64,000 bases of DNA from the NCBI GenBank assembly GCA_039589315.1, contig JBDHHQ010000016.1:1-64000 (forward strand). Direction: 5' to 3'. The notes under the pieces are model-generated. The model ran no database searches and was not told the DNA's origin. It saw nothing but the letters and a program-made list of their open reading frames with translations. Position 1 is the stretch's first letter. The number at the start of each line of letters is the position of its first letter. The position numbers and the translations under genes are program-made. Origin of the DNA: Gemmatimonadota bacterium (lineage in GTDB: Bacteria; Gemmatimonadota; Gemmatimonadetes; Longimicrobiales; Gaopeijiaceae). Positions 1 through 8,250 of this stretch are shown in pieces.

Positions 1-577
1 CTCCGGCGGGAGTTCTCGACAGCAAGGTCGCCCATGGTGATCAGCGGCTGCGTGGGCCCCAGAGGCGATGGCTACAGCATCCAAACGAAGATGACGGCGG
101 ACGAGGCGGAGGCGTACCACGCCCATCAGATCGGCATCTTCGCGGACACCGAAGCGGACATGGTGACGGCTGTGACCATGACGTACACGGACGAGGCCAT
201 AGGCGTCAGCCGGGCGGCCCGCACCGCCGGCCTCCCCGTGGTGATCTCGTTCACCACGGAGACCGACGGGCGGCTGCCCTCCGGCGAGGCCCTGGGCGCC
301 GCCATCGAGTCCGTGGACGACGCCACCGACGGGGCGCGAGCGGATCCGAGCACTCCGGGCCAACGCGTCGACGCTCAGCCATGCCGAGCTGGACGAGGCC
401 GAAGAGCTGGACGACGGCGATCCAGTGGACTTCGGCCTACGGCACGGGAGGCTCGTGGACGCCCTTCCCCACCTGAACGTGATCGGAGGGTGCTGCGGCA
501 CGGACCACCGGCACGTGCGTGAGGTGGCCCGGGCCTGCGGACCGGTCGTCAGCCCTTCAGCACCCCAAGGGGCCTGA
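1..577 (+). pseudogene. Homocysteine S-methyltransferase family protein, 5' end outside window, internal deletion plus frameshift near 337
   Basis: Frame 1 reads ISGCVGPRGDGY...VVISFTTETDGRLPSG...VDDATDGA. The family C-terminus continues in frame 2 from 338 (ERIRALRANASTLSHAELDEAEELDDGDP...NVIGGCCGTDHRHV) to TGA at 575-577. The intervening INCAHP-type segment is absent. Confidence 0.75.
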
Positions 578-1901
578 GCCGCGCCACCTTTCGGCCGATC
601 CCGGCTCGGTCGACGACGCCCACCACGTCGGCCACGTCCTTGTAGGCCTCCGGGACCTCCTCGGCGACGGTGGCGCCCGAGGAGGCCCGGACCTCGATGC
701 CCTGCTCCCTGAACTCCTGCTTCAGGTTGCGGCCCCGGGTTTCGCGCTTGGCCTGGCGCCGGCTCATGCGGCGTCCGGCCCCGTGGCAGGTGGAGCCGAA
801 CGTCTCGTCGTAGGCGCCCTGGGTCCCCAGGAGCACGAAGGAGTACCGCCCCATGTCACCCGGGATCAGGACGGGCTGCCCCAGGTCCTTGAAACGCTCC
901 CCCGACACGTCGTAGACGAGCTCCATCCCCAGCTCCGATTCCGAGCGCCCGAAGATCATCTCGAAGGCCGTGCGCACCCGGTGTCCCATCATCTGACGAT
1001 TGGCGAACGCGAAGTTGGCGGCGGCGCGCATGGCGCCCAGGTAGCGCTTGGCTTCGGGCGACTCCAGCGGTGCGCAGACGAGCTGGCGATCGGGAAGGTC
1101 GATCCCGTAACGCTGGGCCGCCTTCATCATCACGCCCAGGTAGTCGTCGCAGACCTGGTAGCCCAGCCCACGGGAGCCGGAGTGGATGAAGATGGTGACC
1201 GTCCCTGGATCCAAACCCAGCACGTGGGCCGCGGAGTCGTCGTAGGTCTCGTCGACGTAGCCCACCTCGATGAAGTGGTTACCGCTCCCCACGGTCCCCA
1301 CCTGATCCCGTCCCCGTTGGATGGCGCGCTGGCTCACCTGGCCCGGGTCGGCGCCCTCCAACACCCCACCGCTCTCGATCCGCTCGAGATCCTCCTTGCG
1401 GCCGAAGCCCTCGTCGATGGCCCACCCGGCTCCCCGCGTCAGGATCTTCCGGATATCGTCCGGCTTGAGCACGAACTTCTTGTAGCCCCGGCCGACTCCT
1501 GCGGGAATGCTCCGCATCAGCTCGTCCATCAGGGCCGGGACCCGGGCCCGCACATCCTTCACGACCAGGTCGGAGCGGAGGAGGCGGACGCCGCAGTTGA
1601 TGTCGTATCCCACGCCGCCCGGAGAGATCACCCCACCTTCGTCCGGGTCGAAGGCCGCCACGCCCCCGATGGCGAACCCGTACCCCCAGTGGATGTCGGG
1701 CATCCCGATGGAGCGGCCCACGATCCCAGGCAGCATGGCGACGTTGGCGACCTGCTGGACCGCCTCGTCGCCCCTGATGTCCCGCATCAGGTGGTCGTCC
1801 GCGAAGATCAGGCCCTCGACCCGCATCTTGCCCTGCCGGGGGATGAGCCAGCGGTATTCGTCCAGTCGGCGGACTTCGAGTCGGGGGGACTCCTTGCTCA
1901 T
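549..1901 (-). CDS. rtcB: RtcB family RNA ligase (archaeal/eukaryote-like type) with an apparent in-frame internal deletion
   Basis: Motifs MPDIHWGYGFAIGG, GVGYDINCG, GSGNHF, IHSGSRG, PGDMG, STCHGAGR, EEVPEAYK and terminal KG. The expected YDVxHN...HRKGAT segment is missing. Confidence 0.92.
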   Translation of the reverse strand: MSKESPRLEVRRLDEYRWLIPRQGKMRVEGLIFADDHLMRDIRGDEAVQQVANVAMLPGIVGRSIGMPDIHWGYGFAIGGVAAFDPDEGGVISPGGVGYDINCGVRLLRSDLVVKDVRARVPALMDELMRSIPAGVGRGYKKFVLKPDDIRKILTRGAGWAIDEGFGRKEDLERIESGGVLEGADPGQVSQRAIQRGRDQVGTVGSGNHFIEVGYVDETYDDSAAHVLGLDPGTVTIFIHSGSRGLGYQVCDDYLGVMMKAAQRYGIDLPDRQLVCAPLESPEAKRYLGAMRAAANFAFANRQMMGHRVRTAFEMIFGRSESELGMELVYDVSGERFKDLGQPVLIPGDMGRYSFVLLGTQGAYDETFGSTCHGAGRRMSRRQAKRETRGRNLKQEFREQGIEVRASSGATVAEEVPEAYKDVADVVGVVDRAGIGRKVARLRPLGVLKG

Positions 1902-2039
1902 GAGATCGGCGCTCCTTCCTTCATGACCGACGCCGCTGCACCGCCCCGGACGGGGCGCTCCTTCCTCGTCAGTGGCGCCCGATGACGCTCCTCGCCGGGC
2001 ACCGAGGGGTCCTGGGTCTCGGCGCTGATGCCCGCCCCT

Positions 2040-2621
2040 TCACACATCGAAGATCACCCGTCCCACCCATCGGTCTCCTCGCGGCTCCGCCAGGAGACCG
2101 TGTAACGTCACGCCCTTGATCTCGCGGATGGGCTCCTCCGGGTCGGCCACCACCGTGACCTCGGCCCTCAAACCGGTCTCGTACAGCTCTTCGAACCGAG
2201 CGCCCTCGAACGCGAGTCCTTCGACCTCGTACCAGAAGAGCAACTCCCGCAGCCACTCCCGGAGGAGGGCCGGCAGGTCGTCGGCGGTGGCCGACAGTGC
2301 GCGTGTCTCCACCGGAGCGACGGAGGCCCCCTCTTGCGACAGGACCCGCTCGGCACCCTCCCGTCCGGCTTCGCCGGCTTCCCGCTCGACGACTGCGTGC
2401 TCAGCGCTCGGATCGGCCGACCCGTCTCCGCCTGGGGGCTCTGCTCCATCACCATGCGCACCACGGACCTCGGCGGGTCCATCTTCACCCCGTAGAAGCC
2501 ACATCATGCCAGCAGCCGCCCGGAGGAAGAGCTCTTCCAGGGTCGGCGCCTCGAGCTCGATGCCGACGTCGGCGGTGTGATCGAGAGCGGTGACGCCCGG
2601 AAGCCCGGTCTCGGAACCCAT
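2040..2621 (-). CDS. Archease (RtcB activator) with a low-complexity internal insertion
   Basis: DHTADVGIE, WLRELLF, EIKGVTLH and C-terminal IFDV. Lies directly upstream of rtcB on the same strand. Confidence 0.9.
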   Translation of the reverse strand: MGSETGLPGVTALDHTADVGIELEAPTLEELFLRAAAGMMWLLRGEDGPAEVRGAHGDGAEPPGGDGSADPSAEHAVVEREAGEAGREGAERVLSQEGASVAPVETRALSATADDLPALLREWLRELLFWYEVEGLAFEGARFEELYETGLRAEVTVVADPEEPIREIKGVTLHGLLAEPRGDRWVGRVIFDV

Positions 2622-2680
2622 AACCGAACGTTGTCCCGGAGGACCGGCGGTGGCAATCGGGAAACCTCCCCGACCAATGG

Positions 2681-2710
2681 AGAGAAGCCCTCGCCCAGAC
2701 GGGCGAGGGC
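2681..2710 (-). terminator. Probable intrinsic terminator hairpin downstream of the 2835-3863 gene
   Basis: Perfect 10-bp inverted repeat GCCCTCGCCC-AGAC-GGGCGAGGGC (2687-2710), followed on the minus strand by TTCTCT (weak U tract). Confidence 0.6.
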
Positions 2711-2834
2711 CTCGGTGCGAGGTGGGTCAGTATGACTCAGGAGAAGGGCAGCGTGTAGCGAGCCACTCCAGTTCGCCGAGCACGATCTGCGTCCGGCGGC
2801 GTTGCTCCCCGCATGCCGGCCCGAAAGGTGCTGC

Positions 2835-3863
2835 TTAGAAGGTCCCCTCCCTGACCACGCCCGCCTTGCCCAGCTTGACCACGTTCGCGGGATCGACGGA
2901 GTCGTTCTCGGGCAAGGGGACGTCGCCCTTCTTCTTCCCCATCTGGAGCACCGAGAGGAGACCCTTCAGCGGGCCGGCTCCGCCGAGCGCCTTCTGATCC
3001 CCGCCGTAGTACTCGAACCAGGGAAGACCCGCCCGCGTGTACTCCTCGGCGGTCGGAGGTGTCGTGGGCGGATCCTCGCCCGTGATCGCCCGCCACACCA
3101 GGGCGTTGGCCAGGTGCACAAAACACCGGCTGCCGTGGCGGAGATCCCAGTCGGACAGCTCGTATGGGTCGTCGTAGATCTCCTGCCGCATGCGGCCTCC
3201 GGGGGCGAGGCCCATGTCCGGTGCGGCGGCTGGCCTCGCCATCATTACCTGCTCGTCCGCGAGAGAGTAGCGGATCCCCCTTTCCACGCTCCGGAACCGT
3301 CGCTCGTACGCTTTCCGCTTCATGGGGTACGCCACCACCTGGATCCCCCCGAACTCCGCCTCCCCCGTGAGCTGCTCCTCGACGCTGTACCCGGCGCCCA
3401 GTGGCATGGCCACGAACTGCCGGATCAGACCCTTCTCGACGCAGTAGCCATCCAGCCAGGGCTGGTTGGGCACGACCATGTAGTCCTGCGGGTCTCGGTT
3501 GAGCCCGTCGGCCCACGCCTCGCCGTTCACCGCGTTGATCCTCCCCGTAGCCACCTTCACGGCGAAGGGATAGCCTCCAGAACCGTAAAACACGCCACCA
3601 CCACCACCACCGAAGTGCAGCCACAGCGCCTCGGCCTGGTACATGGGAAGCATGACGCCGCCGTGTCGTCGCCACGCCTCAGGCACGCGTTCCGCGAAGT
3701 CGTCCACGTGACGAATCGGGAATCGACCCAGACCGGGTGGGAGCGCGTAGCTCTTGCCGTCGTCGGGGATGCGCAGCGTTCGCTGGAAGTCGATGGAGAA
3801 GCGGGCGTTCTCGTGGACCTCGTCGAACGAGAAGACGAGGCCGTCGTTGTTCAGCTCGATCAT
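2835..3863 (-). CDS. Conserved hypothetical protein (FQRTLRIPDDG...PWLDG...GLPWF family, function unknown)
   Basis: 342-aa ORF with a strong RBS (AAGGAGGA) and conserved-looking blocks FQRTLRIPDDG, LPPGLGRFP, LPMYQAEALW, QPWLDG, RQFVAMPLG, MGLAPGG, AGLPWF. Confidence 0.8.
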   Translation of the reverse strand: MIELNNDGLVFSFDEVHENARFSIDFQRTLRIPDDGKSYALPPGLGRFPIRHVDDFAERVPEAWRRHGGVMLPMYQAEALWLHFGGGGGGVFYGSGGYPFAVKVATGRINAVNGEAWADGLNRDPQDYMVVPNQPWLDGYCVEKGLIRQFVAMPLGAGYSVEEQLTGEAEFGGIQVVAYPMKRKAYERRFRSVERGIRYSLADEQVMMARPAAAPDMGLAPGGRMRQEIYDDPYELSDWDLRHGSRCFVHLANALVWRAITGEDPPTTPPTAEEYTRAGLPWFEYYGGDQKALGGAGPLKGLLSVLQMGKKKGDVPLPENDSVDPANVVKLGKAGVVREGTF

Positions 3864-3883
3864 GGGAATCCTCCTTCTATTGC

Positions 3884-3927
3884 CGATCCTGCAGTCGCGA
3901 TCCTGATGTCGCCGATCCTGTTATCGC
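3884..3927. repeat. Three imperfect tandem 14-15 bp repeats with core CGATCCTG
   Basis: CGATCCTG at 3884-3891, 3898-3905 and 3913-3920, each followed by NNNTCGC; just upstream of the RBS of the 2835-3863 gene. Confidence 0.6.
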
Positions 3928-3998
3928 CGGTGCCTCGATCGCGGCGCCCCTAGCAACCGCCGCCCCTCTTGTCGCGGCCCCGTTCTATGGTCAGCGTC

Positions 3999-4352
3999 CT
4001 ACCAATCTCCGTCCCGAACCTCCCGCACGAGGCGGAGCACCGCGTGGTCGGGCATGTCCTTCAGCTGCCGGATCAGCTCTCCGAAGAGCTCGGGCCGTCG
4101 GCGGATCGCCTCCTGGAGATCGCTTGAGACCTTCCCGGCCAGAGCCAGGAGAACGTCGGCGTCCACATCCAGCTCCCGAGCCAGCCCGACGATGGTCCCT
4201 TCCGAGGGTGGCGCCACCTCGCCCCGCTCGACCTTGCTCAAGTACGAGGGCTGGATGCCCAGGCGCCGGGCGACCCCTCGCACCGAAAACGTGGTATCGG
4301 CCCGTCGCAGCTCCTCGCGACGACTCCGGACGTATTCACCGAACTGCGTCAT
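3999..4352 (-). CDS. XRE-family helix-turn-helix transcriptional regulator
   Basis: FGEYVRSRR...SVRGVARRLGIQPSYLSKVERGEVAPPSE HTH_3 pattern. Confidence 0.9.
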   Translation of the reverse strand: MTQFGEYVRSRREELRRADTTFSVRGVARRLGIQPSYLSKVERGEVAPPSEGTIVGLARELDVDADVLLALAGKVSSDLQEAIRRRPELFGELIRQLKDMPDHAVLRLVREVRDGDW

Positions 4353-4402
4353 GTGTGTACTGTATACTAACTAGTACACGCTGTCAAGCCAGATGCTGTC
4401 AA
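4353..4402 (-). promoter_or_regulatory. Sigma70-type promoter (probably leaderless) with an overlapping palindromic operator
   Basis: Minus strand TTGACA (4382-4387)-N17-TACAGT (4359-4364)-6 nt-ATG. Inverted repeat GTGTACT-N11-AGTACAC (4355-4379). Second TTGACAGC copy at 4395-4402. Confidence 0.75.
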
Positions 4403-4499
4403 AGATGTCAGAGACTGGGTGCCCGCTCGAGGACTGCGGGGCCTCCGGCGCCGGGGGCGAAAGCGCCGGACGCTCGCATCCCCATCTTCAGCCAGGAGC

Positions 4500-6419
4500 C
4501 TACGCGGGTTCGGCGCCGGAAGCCGCCGAATCTCCAGGATCCTGCTCTTCCGCAGGCGGGGTTCCGACTCCACCGCCTTCCTCCTCCGCCTCCGCCGGAA
4601 TCACCTTCTTGGAGTCCGCCAGCGCGTGGATCTCCCGGAGCCAGCGCGCGTGCTCGGCCGAGTCGTCGGGGCTGTAGTTGAGGTTCTTGTAGAGGCTCGT
4701 GAGGCGCGTGAAGAAGTCCCTGACCGCGTCCCGGGTGTCGAAGGCGTATGCCTCCGTGATCAGCTCCTTCACCAACTCGAAGCTGCGCTTCTGTCGCTCC
4801 CTGGGCATGGAAGCGTCCACGTCGTCGAAGGCGTCCTGCTGGAGGAAGACCATGTCCAGCAGCACCGACTTCTGCCAGGTGACGTAGTCCTCCATGGTTA
4901 TGCCCTCCTCGCCGGTCACCTGCATCATCTGGTAGATGCCGTCACCCCGGTGAAGCAGCTCGTGGGCGGCCTTCACGTCCTCGACCCACGCCTCTGACAT
5001 GTTGTCCTTGAACCATCCGGCCATCTGGTCCAGGTAGCGGGACCACGAGATCAGTGGGTCGATCGCGGGATAGAAGCGTTTGTAGGCTCGGTCGGCGGAG
5101 AGGCCCAGGAAGGTCTTCACCGTGGCCAGCGTGGCCTGTGTCACGGGCTCCTCGAAGTTGCCGCCGGCCGGGGAGACCGTGCCGATCAACGTCACGCTGC
5201 CCGTGGCGTCGTCGGGAGTCCGAATCATACCGGCACGCTCGTACAGGTTCTTGATGGACGAGTCCAGGTAGGCGGGGAACGCCTCTTCGCCGGGGATCTC
5301 CTCCATCCGGCCGGAGGTCTCGCGCATGGCCTGGGCCCACCGAGACGTCGAGTCGGCGATGCACAGCACGTTGTAGCCCATCTGCCGGTAGTACTCGCCC
5401 ATGGTCACGCCGGTGTAGATGGACGACTCGCGGGCAGCCACGGGCATGGACGACGTGTTGCACACGATGATGGTCCGGTCCATGAGCGATCCGCCGGTGC
5501 GGGGATCGATGGTCTCCGGGTACTCGGTGATGGTCTCCACCACCTCACCCGCGCGCTCGCCGCACGCGATGATGATCACGATGTCCACGGACGCGTGACG
5601 GGCCACCAGGCTCTGCAGCACGGTCTTCCCCGCCCCGAACGGACCCGGGATGCACGCCGTCCCTCCCCGGGCGACAGGGAAGAACGTGTCGATGATCCGC
5701 TGGGTGGTGGTGAGGGGCTCGGTGGGGTAGATCCGCTCGACGATCCGGCGGCGGAGCATGGCCTCGGGTACCGGGCGGCGCACCGGCCACCGCTGCGCCA
5801 TGGTGACCGTCCGCTCCTCACCGTTCGGGCGCTTGAGTCGCGCCACCGGATCGACGACGGTCAAGTTGCCCCGGGCCGCCCAGGTGACCTCCAGCGGCTC
5901 CGGCTCGTTGAACGGCACCATGATCCGGTGCTCGTAGTGACTCTCGGGCACCGATCCCAGGACCTGGCCCGCGACCACCGTCGTGCCCGGCGTCACCGAC
6001 GGCGCGAAGTCCCACCGTTTCTCCGTGTCCACGGCTTGCACTTCGAACCCGCGGGGCAGCAAGAACCCGTGCTGATCGGCCAGGATGCCAAGCGGATTCT
6101 GGAGGCCGTCGTAGACCGTGCCGAGAAGCCCCGGCGCCAGCGTGACCGAGAGCATCTCGCCGGACAGCTCCACCAGGTCACCCACGGTCACGCCCGACGT
6201 GTCCTCGAACACCTGAAGATCGGCGGTGCGGTTCTGGATCCGCAGCACCTCGGCCTTGAGGCGCTGATCTCCCAGGAGTATGTGCCCCACCTCGTTCTTC
6301 ATGACGCGGGTGTCACTCACGTCGATGGTGACCAGGCTCTCCTTCACGCCGATGATCGGGGCCGTACGGGCCCCGGTTTCCAGCGTGGCCGCCTCAGGCG
6401 AAGAGCTGCTGGTGGTCAC
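4500..6419 (-). CDS. ntpA: V/A-type ATPase catalytic subunit A
   Basis: Walker A GPFGAGKT, ACGERAGE, NTSSMPVAARE, ADSTSRWAQA, PGEEAFPAYL, SPAGGNFEEPVT. Confidence 0.97.
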   Translation of the reverse strand: MTTSSSSPEAATLETGARTAPIIGVKESLVTIDVSDTRVMKNEVGHILLGDQRLKAEVLRIQNRTADLQVFEDTSGVTVGDLVELSGEMLSVTLAPGLLGTVYDGLQNPLGILADQHGFLLPRGFEVQAVDTEKRWDFAPSVTPGTTVVAGQVLGSVPESHYEHRIMVPFNEPEPLEVTWAARGNLTVVDPVARLKRPNGEERTVTMAQRWPVRRPVPEAMLRRRIVERIYPTEPLTTTQRIIDTFFPVARGGTACIPGPFGAGKTVLQSLVARHASVDIVIIIACGERAGEVVETITEYPETIDPRTGGSLMDRTIIVCNTSSMPVAARESSIYTGVTMGEYYRQMGYNVLCIADSTSRWAQAMRETSGRMEEIPGEEAFPAYLDSSIKNLYERAGMIRTPDDATGSVTLIGTVSPAGGNFEEPVTQATLATVKTFLGLSADRAYKRFYPAIDPLISWSRYLDQMAGWFKDNMSEAWVEDVKAAHELLHRGDGIYQMMQVTGEEGITMEDYVTWQKSVLLDMVFLQQDAFDDVDASMPRERQKRSFELVKELITEAYAFDTRDAVRDFFTRLTSLYKNLNYSPDDSAEHARWLREIHALADSKKVIPAEAEEEGGGVGTPPAEEQDPGDSAASGAEPA

Positions 6420-7065
6420 GCGTCACCTCCAGAATCAGTGTCTCGAAGCGCTTCGTCGCCTCCTCGGCGTCGTACGAGAGCCAGCGCCTCAGGATGTCCC
6501 ACTTGAACACGAACCCGAACACCTGCTCGAACCCGAACGGGTTCTGGTCCGAAAGGTCGCCCAGCAGCCGCCAGGACTGGTCCATGAGCAGGCCCTCCAG
6601 CTCCATGGCGTGGCCCTGCTCCAGGTGCGTCCTGGCCTCGTCGATCCAGGGGAAGACCGCACCGAGCCCGTAGTCGGTCTCCCCCCAACGAGCTTCGATG
6701 GTGCGGACATAGGGCCCCACTCCCCACCGCTCGTCTGGCGGCGTCCTGCCGTGAAGGCGCAGTCGGAGAGCCACGAGGACGGTGCGCATGTCCATCCGGA
6801 ACCGGAGCACCCGGCTCAGCGTGTCGCTCCCGAGGTGCCTCAGGGCGTCCTCGTAGAGCCGGGCAATCTGCTCCGTCGTGCGGGTGACGGGCTGGCGACC
6901 CCACGCCACGAGCTCGGCGGCCTGGTTCAAGTCCGCCGCGTCGTCGGGGTGCAGGAGCCCGAGCCGCTGCTCCAGGCGAAGCTGGCTCAGCGGGAGCCGG
7001 CCGGCGTGCCGAAAGTACGGAAGCGCGGGCAACCCCGAGACGAGCTGGTAGTAGCGGCGGGTCAC
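6394..7065 (-). CDS. DUF2764-family protein (subunit C-like position in V/A-ATPase operon)
   Basis: N-terminal YYQLVSGLPAL and C-terminal FGFEQVFGFVFKWDILRRW pattern; lies between subunits E and A. Confidence 0.8.
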   Translation of the reverse strand: MTRRYYQLVSGLPALPYFRHAGRLPLSQLRLEQRLGLLHPDDAADLNQAAELVAWGRQPVTRTTEQIARLYEDALRHLGSDTLSRVLRFRMDMRTVLVALRLRLHGRTPPDERWGVGPYVRTIEARWGETDYGLGAVFPWIDEARTHLEQGHAMELEGLLMDQSWRLLGDLSDQNPFGFEQVFGFVFKWDILRRWLSYDAEEATKRFETLILEVTRDHQQLFA

Positions 7066-7133
7066 GACGATTCAGCCTCGAACCAGGCTTGCGCCGGCAG
7101 GCGCGGGGGTTGCCCGGAGGCGAGCCGACGTCC

Positions 7134-7790
7134 TCACTGCCCGGCCTCCACCAAGATGGCGCGGTACCGCGGTAGAAGCAGCCCCAGCATCATCTCCGAG
7201 AGCGCCTCGTCGCTCAGATCGACCTCCAGGTCCTCTCCCTTCAGCTGCACCCGCGCGCCCCCGTGGAGATCGCTGGCCGGGATCAGCTCGATACCTTCCC
7301 GGAGCACGTTCCCCGAGAGGGCGGCCGCCGAGCGGCGCAGAAACTGCTCCAGCTCCTCGCTCGTCTCCTCGGCCATGGCCTGCGGAATGAGGATCGCGGC
7401 GTCACGATCCTGGATCACGTCGGTGGCCGCCCGGCCGGCCAGGACGAGGACGAGGTCCCGGAGCACGGTTCCGTCGGTGGTCACGTCGGTCACGAGCCGC
7501 CGCACGTGCTCCTCGAAGGCCGAGAAGACGGCCGTTCTGAGCGCCAGTCCCGTATCCCGCGCCGCCATCTTGAGCGCCTCGATGGACGCCGTTCTCTCGG
7601 TCTCGATCTCTTCCCGGGCCGCCTTGCGCATCGCCCCGGCCTCGGCTTTGGCCGCGGCCACGAGGCGGGCGGCCTCCGCCCGGCCCTCGGCCACCAGGCG
7701 ATCCGCCTCATCCCGGGCTGACTGGACGCCCTCGTCCCGGATGCGCTCGATGAGCTCCTGGACGCCTGAAGTCACTACCGATTCAGCCAT
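7134..7790 (-). CDS. ntpE: V/A-type ATPase subunit E
   Basis: GVQELIERIRDEGV, long Ala/Glu-rich coiled coil, C-terminal VDLSDEALSEMMLGLLLPRYRAIL. Confidence 0.88.
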   Translation of the reverse strand: MAESVVTSGVQELIERIRDEGVQSARDEADRLVAEGRAEAARLVAAAKAEAGAMRKAAREEIETERTASIEALKMAARDTGLALRTAVFSAFEEHVRRLVTDVTTDGTVLRDLVLVLAGRAATDVIQDRDAAILIPQAMAEETSEELEQFLRRSAAALSGNVLREGIELIPASDLHGGARVQLKGEDLEVDLSDEALSEMMLGLLLPRYRAILVEAGQ

Positions 7791-7799
7791 TTTTCGACC

Positions 7800-8246
7800 T
7801 CAACTCGGAATCGAAGGCGCCAGCACCAGCGCGAAGACGAACACGAACACCGCGAAGCCCTCGATCACCGCCGCCGGGGCGATGGAGATGCCGAACACCT
7901 CCGCCTTCGACTTGGACGCGTTGATCGCTGCGGCACACGCCGATCCCTGAGCCATGCCGCTCAAGAGCAATGCGACGCCCGTGAGGGAGCCCAACACGAA
8001 CAGGCCCGGGGCGTTCACGACGGTGACGGGCCGATTCAAGGTCAGCATCACGACGATGCCATAGATGGTCTGGGAAGACGGCATGGCGGCCACGCCGACG
8101 AACCGGCCGTAGCCACCTTCCACCTCCAGCATGGCGCCAGCGGCCGCGAGCCCTCCGCGGGCCACGCCCAGCATGCTCCCCATGCCGCCCAGGGCCAGCG
8201 GCGAGAAGATGCCCAACCACCCCAGCGTGATTACGAGTGCATCCAA
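7800..8246 (-). CDS. ntpK: V/A-type ATPase proteolipid subunit K (four-helix c subunit)
   Basis: Probable TTG start at 8246 after GGAGAG. Four hydrophobic segments with PSSQTIYG, AQG and a single carboxylate in AVIEGFAVF. Confidence 0.92.
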   Translation of the reverse strand: MDALVITLGWLGIFSPLALGGMGSMLGVARGGLAAAGAMLEVEGGYGRFVGVAAMPSSQTIYGIVVMLTLNRPVTVVNAPGLFVLGSLTGVALLLSGMAQGSACAAAINASKSKAEVFGISIAPAAVIEGFAVFVFVFALVLAPSIPS

Positions 8247-8250
8247 GGGA

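Noticed and set aside
519..1985. Long antisense or alternative-frame ORFs (also 39655-41673, 55553-57739, 48692-50590 and many others)
   Set aside because: Shadow ORFs typical of high-GC DNA. They overlap well-supported genes and have Arg/Pro/Gly-rich, motif-free translations.
2737..2814. 25-aa minus-strand ORF MRGATPPDADRARRTGVARYTLPFS between the hypothetical gene and the hairpin
   Set aside because: No RBS and no recognisable motif.
3594..3611. (CCA)n run, and (GCCTCC)n near 38817-38840, as phase-variable repeats
   Set aside because: Unit lengths are multiples of three and encode Gly or Ser-Ala linkers, so slippage would not switch the frame.
3884..3990. Mini-CRISPR array
   Set aside because: Units are only 14-16 bp with no unique spacers of CRISPR length, and there are no cas genes.
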